A stretch of 64,000 bases of DNA. It comes from Parasitella parasitica NRRL 2501. Taxonomy: Eukaryota > Fungi > Mucoromycota. The stretch is taken from NCBI GenBank assembly GCA_025201805.1, contig MU619369.1:7535-71534 (forward strand), in the 5' to 3' direction. Within the stretch, counting starts at the first letter, position 1. Every line of letters begins with the position of its first letter. The translations under genes were made by a program, and so were the position numbers. Positions 13,313 through 25,959 of this stretch are shown one piece after another. The notes beneath the pieces were generated by a model. That model was not told where the DNA came from. It ran no database searches and worked only from the letters and a program-made list of their open reading frames with translations.

Positions 13313-13561
13313 ATGAAATTATACGCTCTTATTTTGACCATTCTTTCTATCCAAATTGCTCTTGTTTATGCCGCTGAACGCAAAGCTCAACTTTCTCGCC
13401 GCAATATTAAAAAATATCTCGCAGAAGAAACTACCATCGAGGAACGTTCAATTGATCATGGTTTGTATCTGATAAAAAAGTCAGTGCGTGCATAGAAACT
13501 TACTCGTTGGTCTCTTTTAGACAAGCGTGGTTCCGACAGATGCCCTTGGATACGTTGTTAA
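13313..13561 (+). CDS. Small secreted pre-pro-peptide (62 aa, 2 exons: 13313-13460, 13521-13561) releasing C-terminal GSDRCPWIRC
   Basis: Signal peptide MKLYALILTILSIQIALVYA; RKAQLSRR; 60-nt intron GTTTGT...ACTTAC...TCTCTTTTAG; exon 2 reads in frame (G)AC AAG CGT GGT TCC GAC AGA TGC CCT TGG ATA CGT TGT TAA; TATATAAA at 13240-13247. Confidence 0.8.
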
Positions 13562-13886
13562 ATATTTGCCAGCACTACTATCAATGTCATTGACATATGT
13601 ACTATTAGATCCATGTAAAATTCCTTGAGAAATAAATGTCCCCTGAACGAGGGCTATCATGTAATAATAAAATACTTTGTAACATTAGCCCTATTTTAGA
13701 ATGAGTCACTACGGGAGGATTCAGATCCAGGAGTGAACACATTTATACAGACTAAATATTGGCTTTAAACCAGACAAGTAAAAAGGAGAAACTTGTAATA
13801 TGTGTATATCTAGGCTATAATCCAGCATAATGGGGTTTTGTCTCTCTTTTTTTCCATCTCTTTTTCCATCCTATTTAACACATATT

Positions 13887-14105
13887 ATGAAATCGTCCGC
13901 ATTATCACTTCTTGTGTTACTACTGTCATCGTCTGCCACTACTGTTATTACTGCACTTCCAGCGCCAGAGCCACAGCAACAGCCAGCCATTATAGCCCCA
14001 ATGGACATTGCAACGCCAGTGAAGCAAGATACTGACCAGATAAACAGAATTCTTCATGAAGGCACACTATTCCTGAGTTTCCCTGATAACGGTCCAGAGG
14101 AATAA
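13887..14105 (+). CDS. Small secreted protein (72 aa) with X-Pro dipeptide leader
   Basis: ATG at 13887; signal peptide MKSSALSLLVLLLSSSATTVITA followed by LP-AP-EP-QQQ; acidic end DNGPEE. Confidence 0.75.
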   Translation: MKSSALSLLVLLLSSSATTVITALPAPEPQQQPAIIAPMDIATPVKQDTDQINRILHEGTLFLSFPDNGPEE

Positions 14106-14449
14106 ATTAATAATAAATCTACATTTTTCACATCGTCCATGTACATTGCTATATTTTACCACATTTATTAACGGGGTCAATTTTTTAATTTGTATAAATA
14201 AATGTACCTTGCAAATTGTCTTTGTGTATAAACATTCCTTCAGTATCAAGCATGGTCAGCGCCTTGAAGTTTTTTAGTGGCTAGGGGTTCATATTACTTT
14301 TCATCATACTAGACGTATGAAAAAAGGTTGCTAAATTACTGCCACATACCAACTGATAGTACTATATAAACACTTACATTCATGCCCTTTCTTTTTTTTT
14401 TTGTTTTTCTGTCCAAGTATTCCATACACAAGCTCATTCGTCCTTATCG

Positions 14450-15100
14450 ATGCGCATTTCATCTGTAATTTTGTCAATTAGCATAGCACTTGGTGTAGTT
14501 TACGCTGTTGAAAGTAATCACGAAAAACAAACACTGATTTCTGATTATGGACTAAAGAAAAGATCGACACTGATAAAACGTGATTATGCTACGACGTTAA
14601 AATATCTGCGTGCTGCCATGGCCAGTTATCGAAAAGATGCCGTGACTCCACCTTCTGCTGCATTCGTGCAGTTAGAACAGAGTTTGTCTCCTCAACCAGT
14701 CAAGGCAGCACAACCACCGCCAGAAGTAGTGGACCCTGTTTGGGCGGTAGAAACAGAACCCATGCCATCACCTTCTAAGCAGCAAGTTATATCATCACCA
14801 GCTACGCCTGAACTACAAGGTCCTCAGCATTTGGATGCACCTGAACCGTCTACGCCTGATTGGGAAGCCTCTTCTCCTTCCCCCGACTCGTCCTCTTCTT
14901 CAATCGATTCTGCTACACCCCCTGAACAGCCTGCGAATGAGAAATCTGCCTCTCCAGAATTAGTCAATGAGAGAAAAGAAAAGAGCCTTCCTATCAACGC
15001 AGATATTGAAGAAGATGATACTTTTGATCCAGAAGAAGACCCAGATGATGTTGACGACCCTCCCATTGTGAACGGAGTAGCAGTAGATAGAGAAGAGTAG
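14450..15100 (+). CDS. Secreted Pro/Ser-rich acidic pre-pro-protein (216 aa)
   Basis: Signal peptide; LKKRSTLIKR|D; short amphipathic segment; P/S/E-rich body; very acidic tail; TATATAAA at 14363-14370. Confidence 0.85.
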   Translation: MRISSVILSISIALGVVYAVESNHEKQTLISDYGLKKRSTLIKRDYATTLKYLRAAMASYRKDAVTPPSAAFVQLEQSLSPQPVKAAQPPPEVVDPVWAVETEPMPSPSKQQVISSPATPELQGPQHLDAPEPSTPDWEASSPSPDSSSSSIDSATPPEQPANEKSASPELVNERKEKSLPINADIEEDDTFDPEEDPDDVDDPPIVNGVAVDREE

Positions 15101-15989
15101 TTCGTTAGCCAATAAAATTGCATGCCATCATATCATACTATTCGGCTGTTTGTCCTGCACATAATCAAATGAGTGTAGACACTAATGCTCTGACATACAT
15201 GCTATCACATCATTCTCTCCTATAGTAATGCAGAGAACTGTTGTCTCGTATATTTGGTGAGAAAGATTCACAGGTTACAGAAAAGAAGGGGTTTGTAGAG
15301 TGAGTGTGATGTGGCAAGGTAGCATTATGGTGTCTAAAATGCAAACACTAGCATAAAATGTTATCCTGCACGGTCAATCCAATATTCTTTGTTTGCCTCA
15401 AGTATAAAGAATATATGGCAGATTAGGTGGGTGTGTTTGTTTGTTTACCTCTTGGAACAATAAGACTTGTACATGTACACTATATAACTGCCTTTTGCGC
15501 CTTTTCGTTTTGGAGTATCAAGAGACACGGCAGACGTAGGCTTCGTTGGAAGGGGAAAGAGATGTCTTTGCTCCTATGTTTGATATTTGATAGTATCATG
15601 ATGGTTACGGTGATATTTGCTGATACTTTTGCTGGATGAAATGCGTGACAACCCACGCCTCCCCCCCCCCCCTTGACCCCCTTTCACTTTCATTGATCGA
15701 TGTATGCTTGATGATTGCTTTTCACAGGCTATAAACTTCAAGAGACGTTTGGGTCGATATATATATATGGACAGGAAAAAACTTGTATCAGGAAAATGCT
15801 ACGTAATATTTCTTTACATTGTGCCTTTAGCTTATTTATACCTCCCCCGTATACATGGCGCCAATCCTGGTTAGCGGGAAGGGGGGGGGGCAAATGCAGC
15901 GATATTTTGAGGAGAGAGCCTTCGCCGAAAACATATAAAAAGAGGGACTTTTGAATGAATATTCAATAAACCAACATCTCTACAACAAA

Positions 15990-16427
15990 ATGACAAGAAT
16001 CATCGTCTTATTGTTTGCCATGGCCATTATGGTCTCATCATGTCTTGCTGCTGGCAGTATTCAGAGAAAGGCTCGCCTTTCAAGAAGAGAAGTTCCCGAT
16101 GCAAAGACTGCAGTCAAATTGGCTCAATTTGGCGTGCACAACATGCTGGGTATTGCAACAACGACTACAAATCAAGAGTTACATCTTTTCCAACCAAAGA
16201 CACCACCAGCCACTGCTTCTGGAAATACCGGTGCTCCTGCTCTAGGTAATGCTGCCGCTACTCAAGACAAAACTGCTGCTGAAGGCGATGCTGCTGCTTC
16301 TACTGAAAGCAAAGCTACTACTTCTCCTGCCAAGGACGGCGCTGCTGCTGATGTTGAGGATGGAACTGATGCTACCGCTGAAAGTGGCGATGTTCAAGAC
16401 GAAGCTGGAGAAGACACTAGCTCATAA
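15990..16427 (+). CDS. Secreted Ala/Thr-rich acidic pre-pro-protein (145 aa)
   Basis: ATG at 15990; signal peptide; IQRKARLSRR|E; A/T/D/E-rich tail; strongly biased codons (GCT, ACT); TATAAAAG at 15934-15941. Confidence 0.85.
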   Translation: MTRIIVLLFAMAIMVSSCLAAGSIQRKARLSRREVPDAKTAVKLAQFGVHNMLGIATTTTNQELHLFQPKTPPATASGNTGAPALGNAAATQDKTAAEGDAAASTESKATTSPAKDGAAADVEDGTDATAESGDVQDEAGEDTSS

Positions 16428-16723
16428 GTTTGAAAGACACTCTAAAAGTCTGATTACATTTTGTTACTGAACATACATATACTCGAACAAATTAATTTTA
16501 ATACTATAATAAAAACATTTTCACTTATAAATGTTTGCTGTCACCAGGTGGAATAACTGAGCATGCATGCAAAATTCATGATTGTCCAATTCAGTTCAAC
16601 CACATATGGGCTTGCCTGGAATGACCTGATTTCCGGGTCGGTCCTACACATGTTCATTTTAATGGAAACAAGTGATGGTTCAATTTCCTCTCTTTTTTTC
16701 CTTTAAACCTCATACATAACATA

Positions 16724-17557
16724 ATGGACAAACTTCAAAAATACTTGAAACCGCATCAGATCGTAGCCCTGATACTTTACCCAAGCACGGTGTTTATAGC
16801 ATTTATATATTCCACCATTGGACACCCACCAGATTCCTATTTCAGTAACAAGCGTAATATTTTCAATATGCTCTTTGTCAAAATTGGGTGGTTCTGGGTG
16901 ACGCTGGTGTATTTTGCATATCTGTATCTAGTTGCGTCAAAGCGCTTACAGAATACGCAAGCGTTTGTAGGAGGTGCTTCACGCTATGCACTAGTGACGT
17001 TATACTGGTACATCATGACACAATGGCTGCTGGGGCCAAGCTTCATTGACAGAGTCTACGTATTGACGGGCGGTAAATGCACTTCCTTGCTTCAAGATAC
17101 TAAATTGAATGCAGATTTGGCCATGGTAGTTCAGCAACAAGTGTGTCGTAAGATGGGAGGTCAATGGACTGGCGGACACGATGTTTCTGGACATTGTGTT
17201 TTGCTGATTCACGCAAGTTTGTTTTTATGGGAGGAGTTAAGCTGGATGTTCTACAATGCAAAGCCATTTATTCAGATGAAGACACGCGAACGTGCCCAGT
17301 ACTTTTCTGTGGTCAGCGTCTTGTTGCTTGCGTCATTGTGGTATTTGATGCTTTTCATGACCGGTGTATACTTTCATGGACACTTTGAGATCCTATCTGG
17401 CTCGATTTTTGGGATATTGGGCTGGGCATTATTAGTACGTACAAATTACGCAAAAAATGTAAATTTCATATGTTTATTTTAATCAAATTTATAATAGTAT
17501 CTTGGTGTATTCCCTAGGCTTCCAGAAATTGGTCTTGCGGCAGCAGCAATTCAATAG
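16724..17557 (+). CDS. SCS3: FIT family (Scs3/FITM2) acyl-CoA diphosphatase / fat storage-inducing transmembrane protein
   Basis: YFSNKRNIFNMLFVKIGWFW, GGHDVSGH and MTGVYFH motifs, multiple TM segments; intron 17435-17497, last exon ends AIQ*. Confidence 0.92.
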
Positions 17558-17603
17558 ACATTTGTATAGTATAAATAAAACAAAACCTTTATAGATTTTG
17601 CTA

Positions 17604-20353
17604 CTACGTTTGTCTTTTCAGAAAATAGAGATATGCTTCTCCAATAGGTGGGTTCGGGGCAACGGCGACTTTGTTATCATTGAACAATATCCATTCGCCA
17701 TCCTTGTAGACATGAGCTACGTAGTGACCGCAGTGAACAGAAGTGCCCTTGTGAGATACAAAGGAATCCAGCTTGTAATTGAACGGAGGAGTAGAGTCTG
17801 ACAATCAAAACAAAGCATGATTACAAATTCGCAGAAAAAGCAACAAGGTTCTACTTACCGCCGACAACTTCAGGCGAAGTGGCGTCGCTTGCAGCTTGTT
17901 CGTCCATTTCTCCATTGTCACCAGGATGACTAAACAGCCAATCCAGTGCTCTCTCTGTATCGTTATTCTATCAACCCATCCATATCAATTATCAGTCAAC
18001 CATTTGTGAACCGTTACTCCCAATGCACACAACTTACAGTCTCATGTAACGCCTTCTTTGCTTGCTGTGCTGTGAATCCCATTTCTTGCAATGTCGAAAT
18101 TTGATCTTGAGTTGGCCCAGACGTACCTGTAGCAGCAGTATTATCGGATGAGGTGGGTAGAGGATCATCAATATCAGGATCCTCCATGTGCTCAAACATC
18201 CAGTTCATAGCAATGTCAGCGCCATTGTGACCAGTATTCAACAGAGCTCTCTTGCAGCGGTTCTCAGAGAAGCCCATAGCTTTCAACTGGTCAATGTCAT
18301 TCTGATTAAAAGATGGTCCTGAGCAAGTAGAGGGTTCAGCAATTTCTTCTGGCAATAACTCTTCTCCTGGCTGCTGACCCAGACCAAGGTATTTGTCAAG
18401 TTGTACTGATCCTCGAGGAAAGTTGATGGGAATATCTTTCAAACTGATAAATGTCACAAACCCCGTACGACATGTCAATACTTACTTAGTTTTTGAGGGA
18501 CCCAATTGACGAAAGCAAAACGGCGAGGATTAATCACCAAAATTTCAGGGAATGTACTAAATTTGACAGATCTACGTGTTGTATTATGATGAGACTTGCA
18601 TGCAGCAAAGAATAATTAGTTTTTTTTTTTTACCTCTGAGCAATAGTTTTTTCGTTACAATTGGGACATTGGTATCCATCGACCGTCTCTTCTCTCACAA
18701 ACACATCCAGGCATTCTGTGAAATCGACGGCTTCGTACTCATTTTCAGTATTCTCCTTGAGACGAGCAGGCACTTCTACAGAGATGCAACTTGTCTTGTC
18801 CTTTTGATATCGAACCTTTTTACATTTCCCACATTGAAGGCGCTGTTCGGTGAAAAAATCGAACGCCTTTGTAGGATCGTACTTTGTGGTGTGTTCTCTT
18901 TGTTGAATTGTCTTGCACAAGAATTGGAAAAACTCAAACGCATCTTGCTGGCGCATAGTGGAGAATTCCTGGTGGTTTTTACCGACAAGAGCCTTGAACA
19001 TGCCCGGCGCAATGCCGTCTTGATATTGAACACCGTCATCATTTGTCATGGGCTGAGAGTATCTTCCCGAGACCAGACCATCCGCTAGTTTGTGCAACTG
19101 GCAATGCCAGCAATTGGCAGGATCCGCAGTGCATGTCAGTGCATGATCGGATAGCTGTTGGTTGTATCTTGATTGAAACTGCTCCAGGTTGAACGCTGCC
19201 TGTAAAACGGATGCCATATAGCAACTGTTGCCTAAATTCTTGAGTCCAGTATAACCAGCACCAAACTTGGGCTCCAACTGCTTTCCATCCTCGGTTGTCA
19301 TGCTAAAGTCAAACTTCATGTTTTGCTCCAGTTGTAGTTCAATCATACTCTTCTCGGTCTTTTGCTGCTGAGCCACGTTGATACCCCAATTAGCTAGATG
19401 GGTAGCTAAATTATCGTCGACACGAGCATCATCACAGCTGTAGCAGTAGATATCCGCAGTACCTTCTGCTGTGATTGTTCCCAACTTCACATTGACGCCA
19501 TGGCCTGTCTTTTCAAAATGTTCAATAGCGTGATTGTTGCCTCCAGAACCATCGTACTGTTTGCGACCACATCCCAAATTGCCGCAGACTAAACACAGCC
19601 ATAAATTTTGATTCAGCTCGCAATCAGCGCAATGCGCTAGATCTTGGTTCTGCAATTGTTTGGGCTCTTCTTGGACCAAGCACAATGTATGTTCACAGGG
19701 GGTGATCACCTCTTCCCAAGCCTTTACCTCAGATTGCTTGGCAGATGACAGAGATTTCATCACCGCATCAACCATTGCATTCAACTAGATACAAGCCTCA
19801 AATTTAATTTTCTTGCGTGAGCTACCAACAAAAGACATACCTTGGGCGTAGCCGCTTTGGATTCCTCAGTATTGCAAGCGTAACATCTGACACTAGTGGC
19901 AAACTCGTACGTAGGCTCTTCATTCTCCATTACAATAGCAATTTTGGTGATTTTTTGAGGTGGCGCGTCTTCGTCGCTCTATCAGGCGTTTAGTTTTCAA
20001 GTGGACTTTATGCATAAACATGCAAAACAACTTACTCGTTTGTTGGGATTGGTGACAGTAATGCGACGAATATTAACAGCTAATGGATGGCCTGTGAGCT
20101 GACTATGAGTCAGAGCGTGGTGTCTGTCTTTATCCAAACAACCACCGTTGAAACATGTTAGACAGACATCAATGCCTTCAGGGCCATCCTATGATGTAGT
20201 GTTACGTAGTTTTATCAGAGATGGATGGCACATCAATCCAACGTTCTGTTTTCCTACCTGATTATCAAAGCATTGGGTACATTCTTCTTTGTGTACTTGG
20301 ATGAATTCTGAAGGTGGGTTTAGCGTAGCCTTGTTGATATGAGAGCAAACCAT
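17604..20353 (-). CDS. UBP14: Ubiquitin C-terminal hydrolase 14 (USP5/isopeptidase T orthologue)
   Basis: HKEECTQCFD N-terminus, ZnF-UBP NLWLCLVCGNLGCGR, GLKNLGNSCY Cys box, two UBA domains (MGFSENRCKRAL; MGFTAQQAKKAL), SHKGTSVHCGHYVA His box. Confidence 0.96.
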
Positions 20354-23300
20354 GATGAGACGAAAGAAAAGCAAAATGAGTTCTATCGCGTACATGAATG
20401 GCATTTTGTATTTGCATAGTCACGGAACATCATAATAAAAGGTTCAAGTGCTGTCATTTTGCATTTTCTGAAAAAAAAAAAAACGTAAATAAATGATAAA
20501 GGTCATGGCGATTGCGATAACATATATTAGGGTTTCTGGTAACAAACCTTTCATTTCTGATAAAAGCCAAGAAGTTTCTGAGACAACAGAAATGTTTCCC
20601 TGTAAATATTCTATCCATATTTAGAGAAAAAGTGTAATTGCTTTGTTTCATACATAGTGAGAATACAAAGAAACGATGTTTTGAAATAAGCTAACCACAT
20701 CATATCGTAAAGCCCAACGTAGTCTTTGAAAAAAGGTTATGGTTGTCTATTGACAAATGCTTGTGATTCTGGGTGTAAGTCTTTCTGTTGACTTTGGATC
20801 AAAAACTTTTAATTGGATTCAGGAACGGGGAACAAGGTTGAAGATAAATACATTTATGTCCTTGAGATTTAATCAATCTCTATACAAATACTTTTTTATG
20901 AATGGGTTAGGGCAGATTGTTTCCTTTTCTCTGGCTTTTTCTTACACCTTCAGTTGATCTGGCGTCTTCTAGTGTAGAGGGTCTTGTCAGACAAGTGCCA
21001 AACTGGGTCCTCTATATCCAGTTGTACAGTAAAACAGCTAATTAAACCTGTGCCATCTTTTCCATAATATTGGAATGGTTTAAAAATACCATATGTGTCT
21101 TTGCAAAGCCAGCGTAGATTTTAGGCACCTGATTTTTTTTTTTTTTTTTTTTTGTGTGCTATTATCAGAAAATAAACAAAAACAGTAAGAAAACAATGCT
21201 TAGCGATCTCAAACACAAAAAAAAGTAATGCAAAGTAATGCATTAGACTATAAGGCACCTTTTGATTAAATATTTGCATAACTTAGAGCAAGTTTTTGTA
21301 CTTTTCAAGTTGACATCAGACGAAGGTGGCGACTTTTCTGAGTATTTTTGGAAAAGTATTTTTCAAAATCGGAGCGTGAGATCGTCAGGCCAGATGAAGA
21401 CATGCAAGTACTACCATTAGAAAGCCAAAAAGCACACCATTTGAACAAACTTAATCACCATTGTTTTTCTCTTGAATTGAGTAAGCTGTGGCTTCTCAAA
21501 GCTAACGCGTTCTTCAAAAAAAACGCCATTTTTCTTTGATAGCGGAGACTAAAAGCATCCAAAAACAGGAAGAAAAACTTCTTTCAAAAACTCCATTTGG
21601 ACAATTAGAAAACAAAATTACTTCTTTGAGGCAAGATATCATCTTCTGATACTATGCATACCACGGCTGTCAGTTTATGATAGTAGCTGTATATTTGGGC
21701 ACGCTACACGATGGTGTTATTTTCATAATCCCCGTATGTCTATGGAAGGAATCCTGCCGAAAAATCTGAAAAACAGATTAAGAGGGAAAAGTCGACATTT
21801 TGCTTAATCAGAGCGCATTTCCAGTCTTTCAGATCAAGGAATGGTCTTTTACGATCATTTTCTTCTAATATATAATATAGTAAAAAGTTGCATTTCTGAG
21901 GTCAAAATCGAGAATAATGCACAATCGATGATTTTGGATGGGTGGATACAAGGGAAAAATCGAAAAAATCCGTGATTTTGCATCGAAAAAAAAATCATGC
22001 TCAAATTGCACCAAAATCATATATAATATAGTGTTTTACCAATCGATACTATTTTTCGTGTTTTCAGGGCACTTTTGATTATGGAAATTAATCAAAAAAT
22101 GGCTCACGAAGCTAACGTTTTTGCTTTTAAGCCGTAAAAATATCTTTCTGGAGGTGCTATCACGTCAATATCAACTCTAGTACATGACACAGCTTTATAA
22201 AGCAAGTATTTTGATGCCACAAGTATACGTTTCTTCATAGTAATATGATCAAACAGGTGCGGCTCATCGAGTTGGAAGCAGAAGAGAATAATTAATGAAG
22301 ACAATTTTTTGCTGTAATAACCCCTTATTTGTGAATAATTCATATAAGTTACTAATTGTTAGTGACAGAGAAGCTCTATTACCATTGTTGCTTATAATAA
22401 TGCTTAACGTCTGTTCAAAAGCTCCTTTTTTTTGTAATTCTAACGCTAAATATGCAAAATAGAAAGTAAAATAGAGTATTACTAACAAAAGTTACGCTTC
22501 ATAATCAGCTTCTGGTAAATTCCAGGTTCCAGGCACTGTACTGTAGAGTATCAAATTCTGAATAGGGGATAATTCGTTATACCAAACACATTTTTGTACA
22601 CCAAACCGTCTCCAAAATATCTCACTATACCAATTATCTAAAACGGATTTGCATTGCATGAAAAAGGAATTTGAGACAAGTTTGTATAGGCATTATGTTG
22701 AAATGCTACCACCAATTTGCTAGATAAAAAGCATTTTTTAAACTTCATCTCTACTTCATGCTGACCAATGCTATTTTTCTCAATCGCCCAATGTTCATAG
22801 AATCCTTTAAAATCGATAAATGTGAATCCAACAATGACTAATTTTGGAATATCTACTGCAAAAAGCATCGTTTATTTATTATGAGCCTATCTTAATTTGT
22901 ATCAAATGTTGATTTTTAATGTGATCTCTTCTTTTCCAAATACCAAATACTATGTGGTAAAAATCATTGAGTCAAAACCATGAAACAAAGCTCTCTTTTT
23001 TTTTTTTTTTCATAGCTTACCTGTTGGTAGCGAATGCTAATGGAGCAATAGGCTCATCCTGGATTAAAAAATCTCAGTACATTAATGCGTTTTATACGTA
23101 AAAGCAATGAATATTTACACTTTGTCCTCTAAGTGATCCAGTCAAACGTCTATCACGTTCCATCATTTGCTTCTCCCAGGTATCAAGTCCAAATCTCGTA
23201 GGCTAAGTTTATCTAAATGTCAGTGATTTCTTTTTTTTCTTTTTTTTTTAAATGAGCTGTCAATTGTCTATTCTCTGACCTTTTTATCATTGGAAATGTA

Positions 23301-23667
23301 TCTAGTAACGTTCAAGCCTGTTGCAGTGACGGCAAACATACCGGAAATAATGACAAAAGGAAGGAGTGATTCAAAAGGTACAGGCTATAAAAAGAGCACA
23401 CAAATCATTAAAATTCGAGAATTAATATCTTGTATTGCGAAAGCATGCTACCATATTTTATAATTTTGCTGGATAGAAAGAGATGGGGGTAGTTGTTATA
23501 GAGAGAAGATGAAGGGCGGGATATATAAAAAAAACATACCATTTAGGAGGCAAGGTTAGTTGCCAGTCTGTCTGATGACGTCTAGGTGGCGTCGTTTGAT
23601 GTCTCTTCTGAGGCAAGATACTTTAATAACTACCCAACTTGCTTGATGCATGATAAAATACCACAAA

Positions 23668-24543
23668 ATGCCATTGAATTTGCCAGTATTAACAAATCTC
23701 TCCAAGAAAACTATTGTACTTGCGTCAGCATCGCCAAGAAGACGAGAAATTTTGACAGACATGGTATGCAAAAAGACTAAATTATGGTCGCTAACCGTTA
23801 ACAAAATTACCATTAGGGGGTCCATTTCTCGGTAGTAACTACCTTGAAACCCGATGAAAATAACCCAAAATTATATAAAACTCGAGCAGATTATGTAGCC
23901 GATACTGCGCGTATGAAAGCAGAGGAAGTATTTGAGAGATGCCAGGTAAAGTATAGATCATTCAATATTGATGATGACTTTTAATCTCGTTTCCTCCTTT
24001 TGATAGCAAGATTCGCAGTTGCCTGTCGCAGATATTGTTATTGGTGCAGATACGGTAGTAGTAAAAGATGAACATGTCCTGGAAAAGCCCAGAGACAAAG
24101 ATCATGCATTAGTGATGCTTCAACAGTTGAATGGACAAAGCCATTATGTCTTGACTGGCGTACAAATTATTTTCAAGTTGAACGATAAAGTCGAAAGGAT
24201 TCAGTTTGTTGAAAAGACAGAAGTTCGCTTCAGTCAGATTGATCCCGAGATAATACAGGCGTGTAAGCAAGTTCTTTTATCGTCTGTTACTTTTGATATT
24301 TAATTTCATAGAGTAGACATTGATTCAGGTGAGCCATTTGATAAGGCAGGTGGATATGGTATTCAAGGCCAGGCATCATTATTTGTAGAATCCATCCATG
24401 GAGATTATTGGAATGTGGTGTGTAGATTTGAAAATGTTTCCTCTCATAGAAAACTAACAAAGGCTTTAAAATTTTGACAGGTTGGATTACCAAAGAATCA
24501 TTTATTCCGGGAGTTGAGTAAATTGAGTTTACTCTTTCAATAA
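23668..24543 (+). CDS. Maf/YhdE-family nucleoside triphosphate pyrophosphatase
   Basis: [47 protein letters not shown] motifs across five exons. Confidence 0.92.
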
Positions 24544-24621
24544 GCTCTTTTATGCTTTTGTGTAAGCAACTTTCCATCTCTCTAGGCAACTATTTATTTT
24601 TATTTTTTCGTGTCCTCCCCC

Positions 24622-24881
24622 NNNNNNNNNNNNNNNNNNNNNNNNNNNNNNNNNNNNNNNNNNNNNNNNNNNNNNNNNNNNNNNNNNNNNNNNNNNNNNN
24701 NNNNNNNNNNNNNNNNNNNNNNNNNNNNNNNNNNNNNNNNNNNNNNNNNNNNNNNNNNNNNNNNNNNNNNNNNNNNNNNNNNNNNNNNNNNNNNNNNNNN
24801 NNNNNNNNNNNNNNNNNNNNNNNNNNNNNNNNNNNNNNNNNNNNNNNNNNNNNNNNNNNNNNNNNNNNNNNNNNNNNNNNN
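24622..24881. other. Assembly gap (N run)
   Basis: Run of N bases. Confidence 1.
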
Positions 24882-24904
24882 TTTTTGGTCAATAACTGGT
24901 AACC

Positions 24905-25873
24905 ATGGAGAACCATTTCCTAGTCTGTAGTAACGACAGTGAGAATAATGCCTCGTTTGTAACCATGGGAGCAGCAAATCAATTGATACCACCCGAGGCA
25001 CTATATAATAGCAATGGTGTTGTTGTAAGTTGATCATATAATGTAAATCACAAATTTAATAATTATTTCCAGACTGGAGATAATCAATATTATGGCCAGT
25101 ATACACCTCATATCACAACAACTCCTGTAGTGAAGAGTCATCATCCAACTACTATTAATACGAGTATACCAATGTTTACGCCTCCTTCTCATAACAACAA
25201 CACTGTATATCACCATCAACAGCAATCAAACTACACACCTGTTGACATAGCTGCATCTCATATCATGAACATGGAGATTGACGACTATTTTGCGCCAAGC
25301 ACTGCCATGGATAACAACCAAATATTTACCAATACTATGCAAAATGTAGTCTACTCTCCTTCTTCAACATCAGTTACTACTAACAGCTCGTCTGTTATGA
25401 TGATAGACACAATGTCCCCAACCTCACCTACACACAATATGATGATGAGTCCAGAATACACGAGTCAAGTCATGGTATGTCATTTTACAAGTGCTTGAGC
25501 TTCTGAATTCTCGTTAACATAAAGTTATAAGGATGCTGCTTTCGTTTCGTCTTCTGGCTACCACCAACAACTTTTGCATAATGGAATGGACAACCATATC
25601 TTTACAAAAACCCCTATTGTGCCCACCGACCTTGGCATGCATTCGAACTATGGTACACAAAATACTTTGCATTATAGAGGCAATACGGATGATTTGGTTT
25701 ATCATCAGCAACAACAGCAGCAGTATGTAGACAGAAAGAATCGACGCCCGCTTCCCAGAAGACATACCGTATCTACACCTTATACGACCAGTATGAATAA
25801 TACTATCAAAGGCAAAGAACCATTGATTGAAAATATCAACGTTAACTCGGTATTAGATCCTCTTTTTATCTCC

Positions 25874-25905
<32 letters not shown>

Positions 25906-25906
25906 T

Positions 25907-25959
<53 letters not shown>

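Noticed and set aside
22104-22343. LLYKAVSCTR resembling the PIF1/Helitron helicase motif QLYVALSR
   Set aside because: Too short and degenerate; no neighbouring helicase motifs recognised
24552-25037. ORFs spanning X residues
   Set aside because: Artefacts of the N gap
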